Part shown: positions 10,321-16,182 of the stretch, piece by piece | How the letters are laid out: each line of letters starts with the position of its first letter | Numbering within the stretch: position 1 is the first letter of the stretch | NCBI GenBank assembly: GCA_050309605.1 | Contig: JBNRMN010000032.1 | Location: forward strand, 1 to 18,841 | Reading direction: 5' to 3' | Origin: Anaerohalosphaeraceae bacterium | GTDB taxonomy: Bacteria > Planctomycetota > Phycisphaerae > Sedimentisphaerales > Anaerohalosphaeraceae | Length of the DNA: 18,841 nt | Notes under the pieces: generated by a model | The model's input: the letters and a program-made list of their open reading frames with translations, nothing else | The model's database searches: none | Told to the model about the DNA's origin: nothing | Translations under genes and position numbers: made by a program

Positions 10321-10641
10321 ATGGACAACAAAATCGACATCAAAAATGATCCGTTTGAAACGATTGAACCCATCGGCAAACGTATTTTAATCCGTAAAGA
10401 CGAAGACAAAAAACAGACCAAAGGCGGCATCCAGCTTCCCGATAATATCGAAATCCCGACGATTACGGGTCGGATTGTGTCGGTCTCTGCAGAAGTGGAG
10501 TTGTCCTCGGAGTTTCCGCTCAAACAATACGATAAGGTGCTGTTCAACCCCAAAGGGGCTATTCCGGTGGATTTTGAAGGCGACAACCGTCTATTCGTCG
10601 TCGATGTCGAAAACGTGGTGGCGGTCTTTCGCAAACAATAA
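10321..10641 (+). CDS. Divergent co-chaperonin GroES (Cpn10) family protein, no adjacent groEL
   Basis: IEPIGKRILIR (cf. PLxDRV), mobile loop TKGGIQLP, TGRIVSV, DKVLF and VENVVAV; 106 aa. Confidence 0.82.
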   Translation: MDNKIDIKNDPFETIEPIGKRILIRKDEDKKQTKGGIQLPDNIEIPTITGRIVSVSAEVELSSEFPLKQYDKVLFNPKGAIPVDFEGDNRLFVVDVENVVAVFRKQ

Positions 10642-10686
10642 CCACAATCCGCAAGACTCGGCGCTGCGGGCAATGTGATCCGGATG

Positions 10687-11748
10687 CTACTCGAATAGTC
10701 CCTCGGCGACCGCCTCAGCAAGATAGCCGATCAGTTCTTCGGTCTCGCTCCAGCCGATGCAGGCATCCGTCAGCGATGTGCCGTATTTCAGCATGCCCGC
10801 GGCGCCGATGCTTTGTTTACCTTCGTTGATAAAGCTTTCAAGCATTACGCCGACGATGCTGCGGTTGCCCGAACGAATCTGATCGGCAATGTCGAACAGC
10901 GCGTCGCGCTGACGTTTATGATTCTTGTGCGAATTGGCGTGGCTGCAATCAATCACCATTCCTGTCGGGATATGGGCTTTTCGGAGCAGGACTTCGGCAA
11001 AGGCTACGTATTCGCTGCTGTAGTTCGGGCCGTTTGTACCACCGCGCATCACCAGATGGCCGTAGCGATTGCCCTTGGTCTCGGCAATGATGACCTGGCC
11101 GTTGCGGTCGATGCCCAGAAACGAATGCGGACTTTGCGCCGACTTAATGGCGTCAATCGAAACGCCGAGATTGCCGTCGGTGGCGTTTTTGAAGCCGATG
11201 GGCATGGACAGGCCGCTGGCCATCTGCCGATGAATCTGCGATTCGGTCGTGCGGGCACCGATGGCCGCCCAACCGACCAGATCGGCCAGATACTGCGGCA
11301 CAATGGGATCGAGAAACTCCGTAGCCGTCGGCAAACCGATCTCGGCGATCGCAAGCAAAAGCTTACGGCTCAGGCGAAGGCCGTTTTCAATATCATACGA
11401 ACCGTCGAGGCGCGGGTCATAGAGCATCCCTTTCCAGCCAAGCGTGGTACGCGGCTTTTCGAAATATGCCCGCATCACCAGCAATACCTGGTCGGCGTAT
11501 GTCTGCTGCAAGGCTTGCAAACGACGGGCATAGTCCAGCGTCGCTTCTTCGTCGTGCAGGCTGCACGGCCCGGTAATCACCATCCGGCGGCGATTCCGCC
11601 CGATCAGGATGTCTTCAATCTGCCGCCGCGACCGAGCAATCACATGGGCCGCCTGCTCCGACTCCGGAAAGAGCTGCTTGATCTGGTCGGGCGTTACAAG
11701 CGGTTTGAACTGCCGTATATTTAGATTATCTGTAAGTTCCATTGTCAT
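10687..11748 (-). CDS. 3-deoxy-7-phosphoheptulonate (DAHP) synthase, class I-alpha (AroF/AroG/AroH type)
   Basis: Motifs GPCS, MRAYFEKPRT..GWKG, ATEFLDP, AIGARTTESQ.HR, GFKNATDG, IDCSHANS and SLTDACIGW. The feedback-inhibitor isoform cannot be assigned from sequence. Confidence 0.96.
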   Translation of the reverse strand: MTMELTDNLNIRQFKPLVTPDQIKQLFPESEQAAHVIARSRRQIEDILIGRNRRRMVITGPCSLHDEEATLDYARRLQALQQTYADQVLLVMRAYFEKPRTTLGWKGMLYDPRLDGSYDIENGLRLSRKLLLAIAEIGLPTATEFLDPIVPQYLADLVGWAAIGARTTESQIHRQMASGLSMPIGFKNATDGNLGVSIDAIKSAQSPHSFLGIDRNGQVIIAETKGNRYGHLVMRGGTNGPNYSSEYVAFAEVLLRKAHIPTGMVIDCSHANSHKNHKRQRDALFDIADQIRSGNRSIVGVMLESFINEGKQSIGAAGMLKYGTSLTDACIGWSETEELIGYLAEAVAEGLFE

Positions 11749-11829
11749 AATATCTTATGTCATTTTTTCAAAAATCGGACACGCCCCGAATCGAGATCTG
11801 CCGTGCGTACCTATACATAGAAACATATT

Positions 11830-11858
11830 AGTATAACATATATGAGACATAAATGCAA
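11830..11858 (-). promoter_or_regulatory. Sigma70-type promoter for the DAHP synthase gene
   Basis: Minus strand reads TTGCAT-17 nt-TATACT, with TG just upstream of the -10. Confidence 0.65.
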
Positions 11859-11911
11859 TAGACTGATTTCGACCGCGTCCAAGCAAAATCATATTCGGTC
11901 GAAAAAAACCG

Positions 11912-11939
11912 TTGTGTTTTGCCCGTGGATGCATACAAT
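11912..11939 (+). promoter_or_regulatory. Candidate sigma70 promoter for tRNA-Pro
   Basis: TTGTGT-16 nt-TACAAT, ending 10 nt before the tRNA 5' end. Confidence 0.5.
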
Positions 11940-11949
11940 AAGGGTTTTG

Positions 11950-12024
11950 CGGGGCGTGGCGCAGTTTGGCTAGCGCGCATGACTGGGGGTCATGAGGTCG
12001 CAGGTTCAAGTCCTGTCGCCCCGA
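11950..12024 (+). tRNA. tRNA-Pro (anticodon GGG); CCA not encoded
   Basis: Cloverleaf: acceptor CGGGGCG/CGCCCCG, D-stem GCGC/GCGC, anticodon stem CATGA/TCATG with loop CTGGGGG (GGG at 11985-11987), T-arm GCAGG-TTCAAGT-CCTGT, discriminator A12024. Confidence 0.97.
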
Positions 12025-12249
12025 GTGCCTTTAGGCACGTAAATAAGGGATGCGTTTACCTGTTTCGGGCCGCTCCCGTTGGTCGCTGGGCTGTTGCTAA
12101 CTGCTTGCGGTTCAAACGAAGGGCTGTTGCCCCGATTAACGTAAACCCGGCTGAAATCGAAGCTTACGATTAACCGAAAAGGTCCGGAGCGGCCGTAACC
12201 AGCGCCACAGCGCGCGTCGTACGACTCACTTTTCTGGAGTCACGGGTTA

Positions 12250-12531
12250 TTGGACGCGACAAAAAAGAGAACAATTCCGCAATTGTGTGCCCACAAGGCC
12301 ATCGGACAATCGTTCATCCGCATCAACGGACGGGCGATTTATTTCGGTAAAACCAGCCTGCCGGAAACCACCCAAAAGTATCACCAGTTCATCGCCGAAT
12401 GGCTCGCCTGCGGCTGCCAATCCCACAGCGAGCCGGAGCATATCACGGTCAAAAAGCTTTGCGCCCGCTTTTGGGTCCATGCCAAACTCGACCAGCAAAA
12501 GGCCCTGGAGGCAATTGTGCAAGTGGGGTGA
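12250..12531 (+). pseudogene. Internally deleted tyrosine recombinase/integrase remnant
   Basis: The N-terminus IPQLCAHKAIGQSFIRINGRAIYFGK...ETTQKYHQFIAEWLA...ITVKKLCARFWVHA resembles, from recall, the N-terminal domain of planctomycete tRNA-associated integrases. The tail KLDQQKALEAIVQVG resembles their C-terminal helix. No catalytic R-H-R-Y domain is present. Confidence 0.75.
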
Positions 12532-12535
12532 CGTT

Positions 12536-12919
12536 TTATGGTATGAATTGGTCGGCAAACACAAGATAATCTCTTTCGCCGGGCTTCGCATCGGAGTGAG
12601 TGTGTACCGACTGCAATACCACCTTTAGACCGGCCTTCCAAATCTTGTCGTCGATATCACTACGCATTAAGCGGACGCTGTTGAGCTGTTCCAGCAGCAT
12701 TTCTGACAGCGGATCAGAGGCCGTATCTCCTGCAATTGCTGCATCCAGTGCATCTTGCACCAAACAATCATCAATGCTCGGATGCTCCCGCCACGCCTGC
12801 ACCAGTACAAATTCGATATTTTCCAGCACGTCCACATAGTCGCGCGTCATCTTGCGAAAAAGCCGATGTGGGTTTTCTCGCTCCTGGAACGGTCGCCGTT
12901 TTTTAAATTTTCTCTTCAT
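12536..12919 (-). CDS. Hypothetical protein (127 aa, predicted helical)
   Basis: Clean ORF with protein-like composition (DYVDVLENIEFVLVQAWRE...DYLVFADQFIP). AAGGA RBS precedes ATG 12919. No function recognised. Confidence 0.72.
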   Translation of the reverse strand: MKRKFKKRRPFQERENPHRLFRKMTRDYVDVLENIEFVLVQAWREHPSIDDCLVQDALDAAIAGDTASDPLSEMLLEQLNSVRLMRSDIDDKIWKAGLKVVLQSVHTHSDAKPGERDYLVFADQFIP

Positions 12920-12979
12920 TTTCACAGTCCTTACCAAAACATCCGTTTGAAAGCCGCAAGTAAATTAAACCTCTTTGTC

Positions 12980-13219
12980 CAGTACTGTCCGGTTAACTTG
13001 AGACTTCATTAACATAACTATTTTTATCATATTCGGGATGCGTTGACAATCTGCCAGCTTTACAACCTGCGCTGGCAGATCGAACTGTTCTTCACATGGA
13101 TCAAGCAACACCTGTGAGTCCACCCATTTCAGAGGCGTTTACGAAAAGTGTCAACAGAATGCACAAGTGCGATTATGACAACCAATTGTTCGTATTCAAC
13201 TTACAACCGGTCAGTAGTG
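12980..13219 (+). mobile_element. 240-bp internally deleted IS4-family element (MITE-like relic)
   Basis: Terminal inverted repeats CAGTACTGTCCGGTT (12980-12994) and AACCGGTCAGTAGTG (13205-13219) match at 13/15. Region 13037-13117 translates as DALTICQLYNLRWQIELFFTWIKQHL*, carrying the IS4 Y-(2)-R-(3)-E-(6)-K (YREK) signature. NQLFVFNL just before the right end resembles a transposase C-terminus. Confidence 0.82.
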
Positions 13220-13228
13220 AGTTCTGTT

Positions 13229-14386
13229 CTATAAAAATTTCTTTCCTTTTTGTCTCCGATAGCGACCGGGAGACATTTGATGGTGTTTAGTAAAAGCTTC
13301 ATTGAGCCGCTTGGTATCTTGGAAACCTGTCGCCGATGCAATTTGAAACACCGTCAAATTTGTTCCCACAAGCAATTTCGCCGCATGCGCTATTCGCTGT
13401 CGCCTTATCTCTTCAGCGATGCTGTGACGTGTGATCTCTTTAAATCGCACTTCAAGTGATCGCCGTGACAGAGTTGTCGCCTCAACAACATCCGTAACGG
13501 AGATGTTTTTTCTGAAATGGTTCTGGATATACTCCAAGGCTTTTGACACATCGATATCGTCAATTGCAAGTATATCAGTAGATTGCCGGGTAACAATGCC
13601 CAGTGCCTGTGTCACAAGATTTTTCTTCGGATGATTTTTCACGCGCATTAGTTTATCCAGAAGTTCAGCGGCTTCATATCCGGAGTTTTCAAAATTATAG
13701 GAGATGCTTGAAAGCGGCGGAGACGTCAATGTGCAGATCATTTCATCATTATCTGATCCCAGCACCGCCACTTCGCTCGGGACATCCAGTCCGGCTATAT
13801 GACAAGCTTCAAGGACATGGCGCGCGCGATCATCATTGGTAGCAAGTACGGCAATGGGTTTTGGCAAGTGTAAAAGCCATTCCGCTAAATGGGGTTGTTC
13901 CATATCCCATGACATCTGCATCTTTTCTTTGGGTGTTTGATAAATATTAACATCATACCCATGTTCGTGTATATACGATTGAAAGAAATGCTCTCGCCGC
14001 AGGCACCAATGCATATGAAATCCACAGAAGGCGAAGTTTCGAAACCCCTTTGAGATAAAATAGTCTGCGGCCATTTTTGATGGGGTATCACAATCGGGAA
14101 CGATGTTGGCTGTTTTTTTGAGAGGTTCGTAGATATTCGTAGCTACTGTTGGGACACCGAAATCATGGAACGAAGTAATATTCAGAAACGGCATACGGGC
14201 AATGACACCATCCGGCTGCCACTTCATAATAAGTTTTGCAACGGATATCTGTGAACTGCTTGTGTAATCAGGGAGGATCGAAAATATATGCCAATGTCCA
14301 ATATTATTGGCATAGTTGATGATTCCTCTGGTGATGCCGCGGCCAAAGGCTCTTGATAACGGTATTAGCAACGCTACCTTTTTCAT
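13229..14386 (-). CDS. XylR-type transcriptional regulator (LacI-like ligand-binding domain + AraC HTH)
   Basis: N-terminal region KKVALLI...FGRGITRGI, AADYFISKGFRNFAFCG, LPKPIAVLATNDDRA, VPSEVAVLGSDND, PPLSSI. C-terminal AraC domain LSRRSLEVRF...IASATGF...MSPGRYR. Start is ATG 14386 (alternative 14434). Confidence 0.92.
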   Translation of the reverse strand: MKKVALLIPLSRAFGRGITRGIINYANNIGHWHIFSILPDYTSSSQISVAKLIMKWQPDGVIARMPFLNITSFHDFGVPTVATNIYEPLKKTANIVPDCDTPSKMAADYFISKGFRNFAFCGFHMHWCLRREHFFQSYIHEHGYDVNIYQTPKEKMQMSWDMEQPHLAEWLLHLPKPIAVLATNDDRARHVLEACHIAGLDVPSEVAVLGSDNDEMICTLTSPPLSSISYNFENSGYEAAELLDKLMRVKNHPKKNLVTQALGIVTRQSTDILAIDDIDVSKALEYIQNHFRKNISVTDVVEATTLSRRSLEVRFKEITRHSIAEEIRRQRIAHAAKLLVGTNLTVFQIASATGFQDTKRLNEAFTKHHQMSPGRYRRQKGKKFL

Positions 14387-14460
14387 GTTAACCTTACACG
14401 TGAGTAGGTTCCAAGAGATTACGTTGACTGCCATAGGATAAAAATCCTCTACCCAATGTC

Positions 14461-14489
14461 AGTATAGGCGAGGTCGTTACGGCTGTCAA
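14461..14489 (-). promoter_or_regulatory. Near-consensus sigma70 promoter for the XylR-type regulator
   Basis: Minus strand reads TTGACA-17 nt-TATACT. Confidence 0.75.
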
Positions 14490-14612
14490 TCTCCAAGGCA
14501 AAGCCGTGCGGCGCAGCACAAGAGCGTTTGCCCACGGTTGCGATTCTCAATTTAATCTTGAGTTCAATTTCTTGCGCCACCTATGACACATAAGGAGATG
14601 GGTTATGTTAAT

Positions 14613-14681
14613 GTATTGCGCAAAAACGGAATATTATTGCGTATATACGGGTTGTTTTGGTCCGATTAAAAATAGTACACT
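14613..14681 (+). promoter_or_regulatory. Candidate activator-dependent promoter/operator, copy 1
   Basis: Direct repeats TTGCGCAAAAACGG (14616) and TTGCGTATATACGG (14637) lie 21 bp apart, with -10 TACACT at 14676-14681. Ungapped 49/69 match to 15907-15975. Confidence 0.7.
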
Positions 14682-14766
14682 CAACATCATCGCCTGTTAG
14701 GCAGAGCGATTTTCATTGCGATTTATAAAGATAGTTTGGGGTATTGTGAAACAGGAGAACAATTAA

Positions 14767-15852
14767 ATGAACCATCGGGATCGAATCAAGGGGATTATTT
14801 CCGGCCAACCAGTGGACCGTTGCGGGTTCTGGCTTGGCAAACCTCATAAGGACAGTTTACCAGGTTTACTTGGTTATTTCGGATGTGATTGCGAAGAATC
14901 GTTGCGGGTACATTTGAACGATGACATTCGTTGGGTTTGTCCGCAGTTTTATCACGATGTCTATAATGACCCTTCGGGCAGGAAGTTGTTTGATTCCGGT
15001 CTGGACCGTCACAGGCATTCCGTGGCTCCTCTTGCTGATTGTCAAGATATAAAACAGGTGGATGATTTTCCTTGGCCAGACCCAAAATATCTTGATTTCA
15101 GCGATTGCATCGCAGACCTTCAAGCAGCCGGAGATGTTTATCGGCTTAGTGGATTTTGGACTTGTTTTTGCCACAATATGATGGATTTGATGGGAATGGA
15201 AGAATACCTCGTCAAGATGTACACGCATCCGCACATTGTCGAAGCAATCACGGATCGTGTTTGCCAGTTTTACTATCAGGCCAATGAGCGTTTCTTCAAA
15301 GAAGCGGGCGAACTTGTGGACGGTTTTTTCTATGGTAACGATTTTGGCACCCAGCTAAGCCTCATCTGCTGCCGGGATCATTTCATGCGATTTATCATGC
15401 CCTGGTTCAAACAGTTCACCCGGCAGGGGCATCGCCATCATCTTCAGGTTGTTCTGCATTCCTGTGGTTCGATATTTGAGGTTGTTGATGATATCATTGA
15501 GGCTGGTGTACAATGCCTGCACCCGCTCCAGGCGCTGGCGGCTAACATGGATGCGGAAACATTGTCTAAGAACTTTAAAGGCCGAATTGCGTTTCTTGGA
15601 GGAATCGACACACAGCAATTACTGGCAAACGGCACCCCCGATATGATCCGCCGGGAAGTGCAACGTGTCAGAGAGCTGCTGGGACCAAATCTGATTATCA
15701 GTCCCAGTCACGAGGCAATCCTTCCCGATGTACCGCCCGAAAACATTGAAGCATTGGCCATCGCGGCGGTTGACGATACAGTGTCAAAAAGTTTAGCAAT
15801 TAAAGGAATCGAAAGTGCCTCTATGTCGCGATCATTGTCTTATTTGAAATAA
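14767..15852 (+). CDS. Uroporphyrinogen decarboxylase (URO-D)/MtaA-CmuA methyltransferase superfamily protein; not canonical HemE
   Basis: Motifs MNHRDRI...PVDR, FPWPDP, LMGMEEYLVKMY..P, GNDFGTQ, LHSCG, LHPLQ, FLGGIDTQ.LL..GTP and SPSHE. The HemE RQAGR motif is absent. AGGAG RBS. Confidence 0.88.
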   Translation: MNHRDRIKGIISGQPVDRCGFWLGKPHKDSLPGLLGYFGCDCEESLRVHLNDDIRWVCPQFYHDVYNDPSGRKLFDSGLDRHRHSVAPLADCQDIKQVDDFPWPDPKYLDFSDCIADLQAAGDVYRLSGFWTCFCHNMMDLMGMEEYLVKMYTHPHIVEAITDRVCQFYYQANERFFKEAGELVDGFFYGNDFGTQLSLICCRDHFMRFIMPWFKQFTRQGHRHHLQVVLHSCGSIFEVVDDIIEAGVQCLHPLQALAANMDAETLSKNFKGRIAFLGGIDTQQLLANGTPDMIRREVQRVRELLGPNLIISPSHEAILPDVPPENIEALAIAAVDDTVSKSLAIKGIESASMSRSLSYLK

Positions 15853-15906
15853 AAGATGCTCCTATACCTATAACTTTTATGCTTTTTTATATTTTTCGCA
15901 TAGTGG

Positions 15907-15975
15907 GTATTGTGCAATAACGAAATGTTACTGCGTGGATTCAGGTAGATTGAGGCGGATAAACAATTGTATATT
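15907..15975 (+). promoter_or_regulatory. Candidate activator-dependent promoter/operator, copy 2
   Basis: TTGTGCAATAACGA (15910) and CTGCGTGGATTCAG (15931) lie 21 bp apart. The -10 TATATT at 15970-15975 has the same 60-bp offset as in copy 1. Confidence 0.65.
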
Positions 15976-16182
15976 AACGCAACGATCGGTTTAACAAGAT
16001 GAGTGAAGCGGGCCTTTGCTGGACGGGGCGTACCTTATTGCCATAGCCCCATATAATGGCGTAAGCCTTTTCGGTGATGAATAAGATTCATAAAAAAATA
16101 TTGTTAAAGTAAAATAGGCTTGGTGGTGTTTACCAAGAGACAGTCAGTGGGTGATAATAACTAATCTTAGGGAGGTTGAATC

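Noticed and set aside
10648..10671. Possible terminator between convergent groES-like and DAHP synthase genes
   Set aside because: There is only a ~5-bp stem (CCGCA/TGCGG) with a long loop and no U-tract on either strand.
10813..11724. 303-aa plus-strand ORF
   Set aside because: It is the antisense shadow of the DAHP synthase gene and has no recognisable motifs or RBS.
11755..12173. ORFs 11755-12009 (-) and 11919-12173 (+)
   Set aside because: They overlap the tRNA-Pro gene and its promoters, so they are spurious translations.
13096..13290. 64-aa ORF as an independent gene
   Set aside because: It is made of the IS4 relic's C-terminal fragment and right end, and runs antisense into the regulator's 3' end.
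14495..14541. GGCAAA-containing imperfect hairpin considered as a c-di-GMP-I riboswitch
   Set aside because: It lacks the GNRA tetraloop/receptor and the second stem, and lies upstream of both predicted divergent promoters, so it is probably not transcribed.
14767..15852. Annotation as hemE
   Set aside because: The RQAGR substrate-binding motif is absent and there is no tetrapyrrole gene context, so only superfamily membership is supported.
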